From: the human T2T-CHM13v2.0 reference genome, Homo sapiens
Reading direction: 5' to 3' (one strand)
Assembly: GCF_009914755.1 (NCBI RefSeq)
Contig: NC_060929.1
DNA: 64,000 nucleotides
Below the pieces are notes generated by a model. It worked only from the letters and a program-made list of their open reading frames with translations, did no database searches and had not been told where the DNA came from. Below are positions 16,131 through 29,629 of this stretch, piece after piece. Each line of letters begins with the position of its first letter. The first letter of the stretch is position 1. Made by a program: the position numbers and the translations under genes.

Positions 16131-18202
16131 TTAAAAGCCTGGATGATTTTTAGTGTATCATACAATTTAGTTCTTAACTATATGTACTATTTTACATTGA
16201 TTCTTTATTATCATGTTTGATTAGTCCTTGCATCAGTTTGGAGGGCCAGCTAAAAGGAATATTTAATTAGCAGCAGCTAGTTACTTGACTTAAAATGTAC
16301 GGTGTCAGTGTGGATTTGATTTGTTGAATAGCCATTAAATTTTCTATTCAGAGAGTGAATTTTAAAAGTACTTTCAATTACTTCAGTGTCATAATACATC
16401 TATTTAACTGATTTAATATTATATTTTGAGCTCCTAAGTGCATTTAGATTTTTATTTCTTACAAGGATAATGAATTTAGTTATTGAGTCTAACAAATATA
16501 AAAGAGAGCTGTTACCTTTATTCTATTGTTTCAAAGAACGTTTTGTGGACAACTAGGAAAGCCTGAATGAAGAATTATTAAATAGTAATGCTCTCATTCA
16601 CACAATACCATCTGAGGAGGAGTCTGAAAGGAAAAAGGAGTGTTAATAGGCAGGGTCATATTGTGTCAATGTGCTAATGCTATCACATTCTCTCCATCAT
16701 ATGAACATGCTTGACTGACATGTCTCTGCTCTTCTCCAGTGATGCATGGCTTGTTCATTGTGTTGGGCAGAGTTAGCTGCCAGACATTGCAACTGGGGCA
16801 TCAAGCTGAGTTTCTTTATCTGTCATTTGCATTTCCTCCTTTCAAAATATTTATTTTTTATAAAAAAATTAACACAACTGTCAATAATAAATTTGGAGCT
16901 GTGCTAAATGTAAATTTTACACCACATATTCCAGAGATTCTATTCTAATGCCCCCACTCCAAAAAATATAGAAGAGTGAAGGTGGATCCTAATTCTCAAT
17001 TCACCTTTTTAATTATATCTTTAAAAAGAAAAAAATAAGTTTTCACTGTGTGAGCTTAATTAAAGTAAATGGAGAGTTTAAAAGATGAAAGAAGCATGTT
17101 GTTTTTTAATTGTGTTGTTGACTTAAAACATAACGATCTTTGCAACTCAGCCCATATAACACCATCAGAATTGGTTGCATCTATTTTAATACAGGTTCAT
17201 TAAGGAAAAAAAAATCATCCTTCACAGTTTATTTCAGAACTAAACCCATAATCTGTGGGTGAAAATCACCTGTGTGCTACTCTTTAGGATTTTATTGGTC
17301 TCTAGTTGGAGGCATATGAGAGGTAAATCAATAAAACCAAACTTTTTCATTTAACTTGAGGTCATTCTTAGGTTACTTCAATCTTGCTTCAAAAGGTAAT
17401 TTAAGGAAGAATTTATTTTGTAATCAGGCAACTTGATTTACAATTTTTTTCTAATAGTGAACTTTGTATGCTTAATGTTTAAAATGTTGTAAAAATAATA
17501 GCCAGAATGGATAGTACATGCAGAACTGTGACTTGAGACTAAGAACTTGTGCATAGGAAAGATAGAATGCAGTGGAAAAATAACTCAATATTATTAAGAA
17601 CAGAAAGAAAAAATAGAGGCAAGAACACAGGTAGAATTTAATCAAGCGGAACAAATATTCCAAATAAGACTAAATCCCCCCAAGTACTCTGGTTTCAGCA
17701 TTCACTAAAGCTTCTCTATGCTGTTTTTACTAGACACATTTTAGTGAACAAAACTCCATCCAAATGAGAGGCTCAGAAATCACTGTCAGTGTGAAACCCA
17801 TTCTTTCAGAAAGCTTTACCTAGGGGGAGGGAGCATGGTGAAGCTTGAATGAGTTTGAGTAGAAAACGAAAAGTATCCTCATATGGGGGAAGGGCTTGGG
17901 CAAGGAATTGAAAGGAAGGTCTAGGTCTACATGCTCTACAGTGTGTTGGGCAAGAATCTGTCTATCCTTTCTCTCTATGTAGTAGAAAAAAGCTAAATAT
18001 TCCACAAATTCACATTGGGAAAGGAAAAGCAAAATCCTAAGAGGGATTTCTAAAAGTGTCAGTGTCATTAAGAAAGCCCTAGAAAAATGTACCAACTATG
18101 AGAAAGTCAGATATTTATTCACCGACTGTTAATGTTTGTCTTCTTATATCAGTCACTGTGATGACAATCTATTAGTGATAGATACCATGCCAATGCATGG
18201 TA

Positions 18203-18220
18203 TTCATATATATGTATATA

Positions 18221-18267
<47 letters not shown>

Positions 18268-18345
18268 TAAATACACACACACAGACACACAGAGATAGGG
18301 ATACACACACACACACACACACATACATATACATGCATGCACACT
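18203..18345. repeat. Compound (TG)n/(TA)n/(CA)n microsatellite
   Basis: Read directly. Confidence 0.95.
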
Positions 18346-18523
18346 CTTACAGGGTACTGACAAAGGCAGAGAAGACTATTTCTGTCCAAAAGGATATAAA
18401 AGGAAGAAATACTTGCATGAGCTGATTTCTGACAAATAATCAGGCAGAACATTATCATTTCATCACTTTTACTTGAGCAATACCAACTCTAAATTGGACT
18501 TCCTGTCTTAAAGTTTATCTTCA

Positions 18524-18843
18524 GGTCGGGTGCAGTGGTTCACACCTGTAATCCCAGCACTTTTGGAGGCCGAGGCAGGTGGATCATTTGGGATCAGGAG
18601 TACGAGACCAGGCAGGCCAACATGGCAAAACGCCGTCACTACTAAAAATACAAAAGTTAGCCGGGCGTGGTGGCACCGGCCTGTAGTTCCAGCTACTCCA
18701 GAGGCTGAGATGGGAGAATCACTTGAACCAAGGGGGCAGAGGTTGCAGTGAGCCAAAATCCGCCTTTGCAGTGAGCCAGAATCCGCCATTGCACTCCAGC
18801 CTGGGCAACAAAGCGAGACTCTTTCTCCCCCCCAAGAAAAAAG
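18524..18843 (+). mobile_element. AluS with internal 23-bp duplication
   Basis: Dimer; flanking repeat tatcttcag; duplication at 18743-18788. Confidence 0.95.
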
Positions 18844-20347
18844 CTATCTTCAGTTTTGCTTGAATCACCACTTTTATACTAATGGACACATTATTGTATC
18901 TGTAGAAAATTTATATTCTATGTGAAGGAAATTGTGGTGAAAATAAATGGTAGTGGACATCCTGTCCTGGTTTTAGAGGTTATGTTAATGTTCATGAAAA
19001 CTCATTAAGACATTATAAAGAACATTAAGATGTATAACATTATTTTTCTATTCTCCACTATTTTGTGGAAATTTATTTGAATGACCAAATTTTATAGATT
19101 TAAGATTATTTTGGGATATGAGTTGCTTACCGAAAAATCAGTTTTTTAAAAAAAAAATTGAATTCAAATTGTCCATATTAACATTAAACATTCCACTAAA
19201 CTAATGTGATAATCAGAGTCATTTTATAATTATTTCTAGGAAAGAGTAATTTTGAGTAGTAAGTGTTTTTCATAAGGAAAATGCAGTCAATTTTTAGAAT
19301 ACAAAAGGCTCATCCACTTGGAGGATGAAAGGCTTTAGCATGGGTAGTAAAACTGTTCATTTCCCCCTCCCAACACAATGCTGGTCTAAAATAAACCAAA
19401 TTCTTCATATAAGGAAGAACATATGCACAAATAATTTATTGCTTCAAAAGTTACGAAGCCTTAAATCTATTTCCCAAGATGTGATTCTAAAGTGCAGCTA
19501 GAGGACTGTTGTTTTGGAATATGAAAGGGAGATGTAACTGATGGTTCTGATTAAAGATCGTTTTGAATTCTCTCTTTTTTAATGGAGATGAAGAAAGCAC
19601 ATTTTGTATGGAGTTTTGTTTTGACTCAGCCTGCCATGAAGCTGTTTAAATCAAGTCTTATGCCCACATTATTCTGATTGCCAAAAACATCAAAACATCA
19701 ACAAAGGAAATGCTAACCTTGAATTTTCAGCTTGTATTTCAGCCCTTGTAAACAAGTTACCATGGAGATGATACCCAAGTGAGCTACAGGATTGACTCAA
19801 AACAGCCACTGTGTGTGGACTGACAGAACAATATAACATGGCATCAGTGCTATTCATGACAAAACCTGCATATATCCTGTGGTACCTAAGAGTTCGTCTG
19901 CAAAATGCCATGTGAAAGCTCAATATTTGCCAAACCTGCCATGAATTTGGTTGAAAGGCAGAAAAATCAGGAAGGACAAACTAAGAATTATAGGTTCGAA
20001 TATTAGAACTTTGGTAACACTTTTGTGAAGGTAATAATGTAAGCTAGTATTCTCTGAGCCCTTTTAGGAATACGTAAATCTAGAAGAAATCTCGATTGTA
20101 GCTGTAAATTATTCTCTTGGAGCAAACCCAAGAGAATTTTCAAGAAGGCTAAATTACGTCTGACACAAGGGGGAAAAAAAAAGCAAAATAAGTCCTGTCA
20201 TTATGGAACACCATTCATGTCTTCTACTATTTGTATAGGCTGCAATTGAATGGACAACCCTAGTAAAAGTAAAGATTTAATTGGCTTAGGTATCACTTTG
20301 AAAAAATTTTGCCACCACAAAAATAGCATTCCTGTACCCAGGAAATA

Positions 20348-20647
20348 CTTTTTTTTTTTTTTGAGACAGAGTCTCACTCTGTTGCCCAGGCTGGAGTGCA
20401 GCAGTGGCGCAATCTTGGCTCACTGCAACCTCCGCTTCCCAGGTTCAAGCGATTCTCCTGCCTCAGCATCCTGAGTAGCTGGGATTACAGGCACCCACCA
20501 CCATGCCCAGCTAATTTTGGTATTTTTAGTAGAGACAGGGTTTCGCCATGCTGGCCAGGCTGGTCTTGAACTCCTGACCTCAGGTGATGTGCCTGCCTCG
20601 GCCTCCCAAAGTGCTGGGATTACAGGTGTGAGCCACCATGCCTAGCT
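20348..20647 (-). mobile_element. AluSx/Sz-like
   Basis: Full dimer; TSD gaaatactt at 20342-20350 and 20648-20656. Confidence 0.95.
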
Positions 20648-20929
20648 GAAATACTTCAGTATGTTTTCCTTCTCTAGATTTTTTTTTTTCTATTCTAGTT
20701 CCCATGTGGAAGTGCACATAAATTTTGGATTATTAGCTTAGAAAATATTTAACAATTGCATAATGTTTCGATTTGAAAAACTCAATTATCTACTTTCTAT
20801 AGTATTTGCAATTTTCATGTTTATCTTAAAACATACAGTTGATGTCTACCTATTTTTCTTTTGTAACATCAACACATAAAACAATGTATTTATTTTTAAA
20901 AAGTAGCATCTAAATGCTACTTTTAGAAA

Positions 20930-21400
20930 AGTAAAATGGCATATCCAGTCTATGGATTACAATGTAGTAATTAAAAATAAGCTGAACAGTTCATTATACA
21001 GTATTGTGTTCTAAGAGATGATAGATGGAATTATATATATAAAACCATATATAATTATAATGTAATTTTGAGTGAAGAAAGTGAGTTACAGGATAATACA
21101 GACACAATTATAACACAACTAAAACATTAATTTACAAATAAATAATGTATAGGTGCATATGAATGTACATAAATGCGTAGAAAAAGATATGGAAGAACAT
21201 ATACCAAACTGGTAAAAGTTATATTTATTTTTGAGTGGGGCAGAGGAAAGAGAGATGCCAGTAGAGCTGGAGAGGAAGGACTGGTTGTGAGACATATTCA
21301 GTAATCAAAAGGGGTCCTTGGCCTTATTTGTACTTTTTTCAATAATTAGAATTTACTCAGATATTGCTTCAACAACTAATTTTTAAATTAAAATGAATCT
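20930..21400 (+). mobile_element. Old L1ME-type 3' fragment
   Basis: ttgagtgaagaaagtgagttacaggataatacag...agaaaaagatatggaagaacatataccaaactgg. Confidence 0.55.
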
Positions 21401-21564
21401 ATGAGAATTATTTGAGAGAACCTTAATCTTTCCTATAAAATTGTTATATCAATTTTACATTATATATATGTAATTTGTCTTTTATATATAACATATATAC
21501 ATAAATTTTTGTGTATGTGATTTTAAATGATGTGGTTATAATTTCTAAAAGGACAAATCCAATG

Positions 21565-21735
21565 CCTTGTCACTCGAGTTATGGTCCTCAGTCCCGTACA
21601 ATCAGTAATATTTGGCGACTTAGAAATGCAGTATCTCTGTCCCCAACTTTAGACAGGCTGACTCACAATCTACATTTTATTAGAAATTCCAGGTGATTTG
21701 TAGGCATATGAAGTTTAAGAAGCAGCATTCTAGGG
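21565..21735. mobile_element. MER5A-like hAT MITE
   Basis: ttagaaatgcagtatctc...tccaggtgatttgtaggcatatgaagtttaagaagcagc. Confidence 0.65.
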
Positions 21736-22244
21736 AATTCTCTCTGGCATGAGATTGACCTGCTGATACACAACCCCAAATGACCACCTTCTCTCAACCT
21801 CTTGTCATGTCATTTAGTCCTGAAAGTGTAGTTAAGTATTGTATTGATCATCTTGATACATCAACATCAGGGACCTTCTGAAACACCACTTGTTCCTTCT
21901 GTTTGCAGTCTTTCCACTTGAAAAGATATATAGTCTCTCATGTATACTTGCTTATTCTGAGATACGATCGGTTAAACCAACTTGAATTCAGGATTAGGAG
22001 CACCCAGAACTCTGAATATTTCTCCACCAACCAATGATCAGTGATTGTGCTCCTCAGAGTACTCTGTGAGGCGCTCAATAATTCATGTAAAATGTGATTT
22101 GAGTCAGTGCAAGGCTATTGATAGTTTTGCCTGACTTAAGGTTTAAATGGGCATCTGGGCAAAGTAAAGTGCTTTCAAATCAAACATCAATCAGACACCT
22201 GGTCCACTTCAGCATTCTTAAAGAAATCATTAATGGCATAGACC

Positions 22245-22428
22245 AAGGTTTCTCCACCTTGGCACTATTGACGTTTTGGGCCAGATAATTCTCTGCTGTA
22301 GAGACTGTCCTTTGTGTTATAGGATGTTTAGCAGTGTTCCTGGCCTCCATTCAGCAGATGCCAGTAGCACTCCCCTCCAGCTGTGAAAGCCAACAATGCT
22401 CCCTGGAAACCCCAGTTGAAAACAGCTG
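22245..22428 (-). mobile_element. MER20
   Basis: ggtttctccaccttggcactattgacgttttgggccagataattct...gatgccagtagcac. Confidence 0.85.
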
Positions 22429-25344
22429 CCATGGGTAAATAAGATTTCATCTTTTGTCATCATATTGATATCACCAGGCTTTACATCTGTAACTGAGAAA
22501 CAACCTTCCCATTTTAGATATAAAGAACCTGAAATAGGCATTTTAAGCAATATGTATTAAAAATGCCTTCTAAGTTCCCTAACTAGCCAATTTCATATAT
22601 TATATGTTGCTTCTAAAATACCATTATTCCATATTGATTCATTAACTGTTTTCTAATTTCCTGCAAAATTTCCCCTCCATTTTAATTTTTTCATTTACTT
22701 TTTTTCCTCTCATTACATTTTCTACTCTTTTTGTCCTCTTCTTAGTCCATACACATTTATCTTTTCTAATATAGTCATATTTAATTTTATGAATTTTTAC
22801 CAATATCATTGTAGGTCTCTTTTTTTACTCTTTAAATTGGCGTTTTTGGAACCGCTAATATTTGCCTCTACTCACTAACCAAACAAAGAATGAGAGCCCA
22901 GTAACACAGGAGATGACAGCAAGACAAGCTGGCACAAACTAAACTCCCCTAGAATACAATGAAATCAACATATCTGAAAAGGATTAAAAATAATAAGTTT
23001 CAGGACAATTTCAAATACTGTTTCACACTTTTGAATTAAAGATAATGGAGTGAGAAATGGAATATGTACTCAAGGAGGTACCAAATTCTTCTGTTAGGCT
23101 TGTCACATTTTCTTCTGCAAAATAAGGTGTATAAAGTAAGCATTTTTTGTATGTTATCGGTAGCATTAATGTGAAAAGTATAAGCTTTATTGCTAACCAT
23201 TTGAGATGCAAGGAAGCTCTCTCTGCCACAGAAATTGGATGACCATGTGGGTTGACAGCTCCCTTGTGTTATAAAATAATGCAAACAATATTTTTTCACC
23301 CCAAACAAAATTGGTTAAAATTACATTTTTCCCAAGTCATATGGAAATGCACTAATTTGTAACTTTCTAAAGCCAACACATTTATGCTTCAGAGATACAT
23401 AATTTAGTAACAAACAGCAGACTGAATTTTGATCAGGTTTTAAAAATGGGTACAATAGCCTTCTCCGACTTCAAATGAGCTTAGAAAACTCTCTTGGTAT
23501 TCTCTCCCTCATGAAATTGTAAGGGTAACATTCCCTTTAATTTTTTTTTTTAGCAATACTCAGTGAGAAAAAGTGAAAAGGTCTTGCATATTTGTATGAT
23601 ACATAAAGGCTCCAATGATTAAAACAGCCTTCAGATTTAATAGCAAGCATTTTACTTTAAAGGCAATCATTCCCCAAGAACCTAGAGAAACACCACATTA
23701 TTGGGCTTTTCTTTTTGGAATTGATGGCTACATTATATAAGGAAGGTAATGTAAAGCATGATAACAAGCAGTTCTGATAGAAAAAAACAGTAATGAGAGT
23801 TTTTTCTTCCTCTTTTTTTTTAAGAAGCAAAAGATCATCTGGAATCTCATTATTATAAAAGCGGAAGACCACCACATAATGTGCTGATCTTCCAACTAAC
23901 AGCAAAATATACTCATAGACTTGTAAAGAAAAGGCAACCTTGATAAAAAAAAATCTATCTTCTTTCTAAATGATTTTATAGGGTTATAAACAGATTGACA
24001 AGGCAAGGATCAAGTATGACACAAAGTATTATCAACGTGATTCAAACCATCTATAGTAATAAAACAAACCAACTGAAAGTATTCCCATGAGTACTAGGCA
24101 CCTGTTTTTCTATTTCTCTTCCTTATCATTACTGTTTATTTTTCAATGTACTTATTATTGAAGGATGATAGCAGATTTGGACATAACTCATATTTTCTTG
24201 TTGCCAGTTAATATTTTTTAAATTCTGGTGACATTCTTGGCTATTGATGGGGGAGGCTAACCTACTGGTCAAAAAAGAGTAAATTTATACTTATGCAACT
24301 ATATATTTTCTATTTAGTAGGCTTTGTAAGTCCTGGAGGTTTATTTCCTTAAGTAAGTTGAAAAAAGTACCAAACTGAGCAAATCTTATGAAATAATTTT
24401 TATTTTCATTACTGCTCATGAGACTTCAGCAGGATTTGTGCTGTTTCATTTAATTATTAGCAGGTAAGGAGCAAAGCAGGGATCCCATGTGAATTGTCTT
24501 CCAAGCTTCCTCACTGATTCTCATTTTAAACATGTAAACCTATTTAATGACAGGATTGTGATATTGGTTAACTGTGATTTTGATTCTGTAATTGTGTAGA
24601 AAATCATATTTGCATATTTTTTATAAGCCAGTTTGAAGTTCTGAGATGCTGACTGGAGTCAACCGGATTGTACGTAGAAAGAAAAAAAAAGCCCTATATG
24701 GGAGATGATAGGCTTCAGAATATCTATCCAGTACCCATTTGTGATATCCCTAAAGTAGCATAATTACTAGGAATAAACATAGTTTGTAGTGACTGCCAAA
24801 GGACAAAGTGAAAATTTCTTATTTTATTTCAATCAGATAAAAACAAAATTTAAAAATGTATGTTTTCCTACATATAGCATAAACATTGAAATACATACAT
24901 CTTTAAAAGCATTCAGAATGTAAAGTATCGCATTTATTTTTGATGATTTAGAAAGCTTTCTGATTGACATCATTTGCTTTCATAATAAGTCTATTAATAA
25001 GGTTTCATTTAGTTAAAAGTGACATCAATCACCTCAAATGTGGCATAAGGGAAATGAAAAACAAGTTACTGATTCACTCAAAAAACTCAAGGATAATGAC
25101 AGTTCGGGGTTTTGCTGTACTCACGTCTCCAAATGTCATCAGAAATCTATTCCTCTCTACCACTCACTGTTTTGTTTCGTGTCTTATCATATTGGTTATA
25201 TTCTAAGAAGAGCATCCTCCAAGTTCATCAGCAGTGAACTCTAAGCTTGAATCCAGTAGACTAAAGAACACTTCATTACAGGAAGTCCTGTCATGGGTTC
25301 GAATTGGTCCTGAACAAGCCACATGCCAACTCATGACACTGGAC

Positions 25345-25581
25345 GAATGGTTCTCAAAGTGTGGGGCAACAGAGGTGGTGGAGGGGAGGGCAATTTTGGC
25401 AATGTCTGGAGACATTTTCTGTTGCTACAACAGGGAAGCAGGTTTCTGCTGGAATTTAGTGGGTGGAGGCTAGAGATGCTGCTAAACATCTTGCCATGCA
25501 TAGAACCATCCTACAACCCCACAACACAGAAGTATCCAGTCCACAATATCAATATCAATAGGATGAGGTTGAGAAATTCTG
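25345..25581 (+). mobile_element. MER20
   Basis: tggttctcaa...ttttggcaatgtctggagacatttt...gaggttgagaaattctg. Confidence 0.85.
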
Positions 25582-26406
25582 TAATAGTTGTAGCTCAGTT
25601 ATTGCTGATCTATAATGAGCTGTAGAGGACAGCAGTAATGTAGATGTAGCCAAGGACACCATGATGCTGTCCTCAGAAGAAAGGGCAGTAAATGCTGAAC
25701 AGTCAGCAATTCATGTCAATAAGAGGGAGTATATTTTGCTTCTAATCCATGAGTAGGGAAATTTAAAAAAAAATCAAAATTTCGACAATGAATTTTTATC
25801 TCAAGTATAATTGACAAAGATGATTTTTCTGTTTTTATTTAAACTCATCATAGTTTACTCTTGTTTCAGTTCCTGATGTTAGATAAATAATTTGCATTTT
25901 GCTAAGTTGACTTTAGTCAGAAATTCTGCACTATTAAGTCAGCTCAGAACCTGACATTCATATTTTAAGCAAAATATGAAGTATTTTTTAAATTATCTTA
26001 TTTATAGCTATTTTATTAGGTCAAATATTATGGCAGAAAATAATTTTATAATCAGAAAGGGGGAAATCTACTTAAGTGGTAAATTCTAGTTGTCTTCTTT
26101 CACATTTTTATTTTGATTTTTTGGTAATTCAAAGATGGTATGCTAATTTATTTTGATCTTATTAGATTAAATTGAACATTATTTATAAAATAGGTTATTG
26201 GTGTTAATAAGAAATGATTATAGCACTTTAGATTTATTTATTTAAATATTTTAGGTATTTTATTTTGCAATTACTCTATGTTGGCTTGAAACATCCTCAT
26301 TCAAATATTTCAAAAACAAATGTTATATTTTCTCTTCTCCAGATTCATTAAGGAAAGAGAAAAAAATTAAGAAAAAAAATGCTGATGTTGAAGATTATTG
26401 GCACTG

Positions 26407-26409
<3 letters not shown>

Positions 26410-26445
<36 letters not shown>

Positions 26446-26460
26446 TGAGTATGTGTGTGT
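26410..26460. repeat. (TG)n microsatellite
   Basis: Read directly. Confidence 0.95.
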
Positions 26461-26576
26461 TCAAGAAGCTCATCATGCAGTTCTATGAAGCAGGAAAGGT
26501 TTAATCCCCCAAACCAGGAACAAGAGCAGAGGAAACTCACCCCTCTAAAAGTAAATGCTAAATTATCACTTGTTTT

Positions 26577-26622
26577 ATGGTCAGATGTGAGCGTACATAT
26601 ATGTGCGCTCATATCTGACCAT
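26577..26622. repeat. 46-bp near-perfect palindrome
   Basis: ATGGTCAGATGTGAGCGTACATA|TATGTGCGCTCATATCTGACCAT; 21 of 23 positions pair Watson-Crick. Confidence 0.95.
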
Positions 26623-28011
26623 CAATCAGACCCTCAAGCTCACCTCCAGGAAAGTTGAAAGAGTGCATCTCACAGGAGAGGAAAATGCATTTAAAATTGC
26701 TGCAGCCATAAAATAAACTGACATAACCCAAAGCCACAAATAATGGAAGAAAAAAATCCTTCTGGGGTTCTGTCTCCTTCAGCAAATATTTTGACTTTCT
26801 GTTTTTATTTCTTGTCAGTGATCCTGGGTGTGTTTGAAATGACATAAAATGCATTCATTATGCCCCCAGATTCTAACCGCTTTAGCCTTTCTTGTTCATC
26901 CCTCAAGAAAATGCAGACTTCTGGAATAGAGAGCAGATACAGAAGCAAAATGACAACCCTTGTAGGATGCTTAGTGCCTTAAAAAAAAATCCAAGCAATT
27001 TTCTCTATTGCATCATGCCTGAAAAGTAACTTAATTCCTCTGTTATGATTAAAGTTGATTGATTGAATTGATCTGCAATGCATCCTGTTTCCCTAGTTTA
27101 CAAAGATGCTCAGGAAAAGTAAGGAAGCTGTCTGAACAGGATCCAAGTGCTTAATATATGCTGAGGTCCCACTTAACATTTATTATCTGTTATCGAAGGT
27201 AGGAGAAAAGCATGTAAATTATATGGATGTCTCTGATTCAAGGAAAGGGAAAGATAAATACTTATGCAGATGCTCAGTCATTTTCATCAGCCATTTTCTA
27301 AAACATAGCCTATCTTTTTTTAGACTTACCAGTAACTTTGTAAGAAGCTCTTTCCATTGCTTGTAAGTTAACCTATTTTTACTTAACCATTGCTTACATT
27401 AGCAAAGAAATCCAACAAAACTTGACGCTCAAGGTTGTTGTGCAATAGATGTAATTTGCAGAAAAAATCAGAACCTTAAGAAATCTGGAGGACTTTAAAA
27501 TGATTCTCTTCATGAGTACTTTTTTCCAAACAGATGTAAAAGAATAAAAGAAAGAAGAGAATCATTAGCAAATATACCATAAGATTTTGGGTGGGTATAA
27601 AAGTGAGGCAATAATTTTCTGTGTCTGCTGAACAGGTATGCTTTTGAGGTACAGAATTTACAAAGAATCTACCACTAAGTACACAAACTTTTTTATAAGT
27701 ACACAATTTTTAGTATTCAGGGGAAAATGTGTTAGAATACAGCAAACTATTGAGTGGCAAATTATAGCTTAATTTGCTTATACGAAACACCTTCCCCTTG
27801 ACCAAGTTAGAGATCTAGTGCCAATTTTTTGACTGACTTACTTGTATTTATGATATTATTAATCATATGGTGCCTAACATTAAAATAGAATGTGAAATAA
27901 GCTTATAGAAGACAGAAATTTTTAAAATTTTCTTGAGTACTGGAATACTCTTTAGGGTGCTGTGTTTGGAGAGTCAGATATCTGCATAATTGCTTTTTCT
28001 TGTTCTCACAA

Positions 28012-28130
28012 GAAATAGATTATTTAAATAATATTTAAATGAATATTTAAATAAAATTTAAATAAATATTTAAATAAATAATGTTTAAATAATATTTAAA
28101 TAAATAAATAATATTTAAAATAGATTATCT
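28012..28130. repeat. AT-rich degenerate tandem repeat (ATTTAAATAAAT-like)
   Basis: Read directly. Confidence 0.85.
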
Positions 28131-28389
28131 TTATTTTAAAAATCCAAATCTGCAGGTTTTAGTCTTTGTCGCAGCATCCCTATAAACCTGTTATAGGTGT
28201 CATATACTAATAATATTAAGTAAAATAATTATAACAATTTAAAAAAGAATATCAATACAACAGTTAATAACTGTGAACTATTCATGTGGTAATCATCATC
28301 TTAAGTCCATTGTAATGACTAACTTATTTAACCCCTAATACCATCAACACTTCATTTTATAAACTAGAAAAGTAAGACACGAAGAAGTA

Positions 28390-28718
<329 letters not shown>

Positions 28719-28774
28719 CTAGTTTTCAATTGGAGAATTGCTTGACTTCCACAGCATATGGGCTATTATGTAGC

Positions 28775-28802
28775 AAAACAAACAAACAAACAAACAAAAA
28801 CA
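28775..28802. repeat. (AAAC)n microsatellite
   Basis: Read directly. Confidence 0.9.
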
Positions 28803-29039
28803 ACTAGAGATTTTGTTTTTTGTTTTACATTGCCTCAGGGCCTCAACAACAAAGAAATGAATACTGAAAAAATGAAACTATTTTCAAAAGTTTAGACCTT
28901 TCCAACAACTTCCTTTCCATTTTGTCCTTTCTATCTCAAATTCAAAAGTTTCAAATTCAAAATTCAAATACTCTTTGAATATATGTGGCCACTTCTGCTG
29001 AAACCTGCCAATAATATTGCAAGTAAAAGCTATGCATTT

Positions 29040-29238
29040 AGGGTTGCCAGATATAATACAGGGCATTCAGCTAAACTTGAATTTTAGAGAAAGTTTAATA
29101 TAAGTATTTCCCATGCAATATTTTGGACATACTTATACTATTAAATTATTTTCTGTTCATCTGAAATTCAAATGTAACTGGTCATCCTACATTTTTAATT
29201 TCTACTAAATTGTGCTTTAAATGCTAACTCTGGCAACA
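29040..29238. mobile_element. MER53 palindromic MITE
   Basis: agggttgccagat...tataagtatttcccatgcaatattttggacatacttata...ctggcaac. Confidence 0.85.
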
Positions 29239-29629
29239 AGATTTAATAGCATTACAAGTTTCTCTTTCAGAGATGTAGATTTTCATTATTAATATACTCA
29301 GTCTGACATTAAAACTGCATTTCTTTACATTAACTTTCTAGAATTCTGTTACTTAAATATGATAGATAGCTTTATTCCATCTAATACATGAGCTCTTCAT
29401 TGCCATATTATATCTGCCTGCCTGCCTGCCTTTATTTCTTCCCTCCCTCCTAAATTTACTATTTTATTCTATTCTTTGCAATATAATTTTGCATTTCATC
29501 TAAGTGTAAGCTTATTTTGGGGTTAAACATTCCCAATCTGCCCCATGCCCCAGCAAAGTAAAAAGATGTTGTATATTTTATTTATGTGACAATTATCTTA
29601 AAATTTCTCAGCTTTTTAAAGTATGACAT

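Noticed and set aside
20899-20924. 11-bp-arm inverted repeat aaaagtagcat/atgctactttt
   Set aside because: Short and AT-rich; no other support.
26535-26560. Minus-strand ttttag|AGGG|gtgagt tiny exon
   Set aside because: Only 4 nt, frame-shifting, with a competing upstream AG.
29040-29238. Long hairpin resembling a pre-miRNA
   Set aside because: Explained by the palindromic MER53 MITE.
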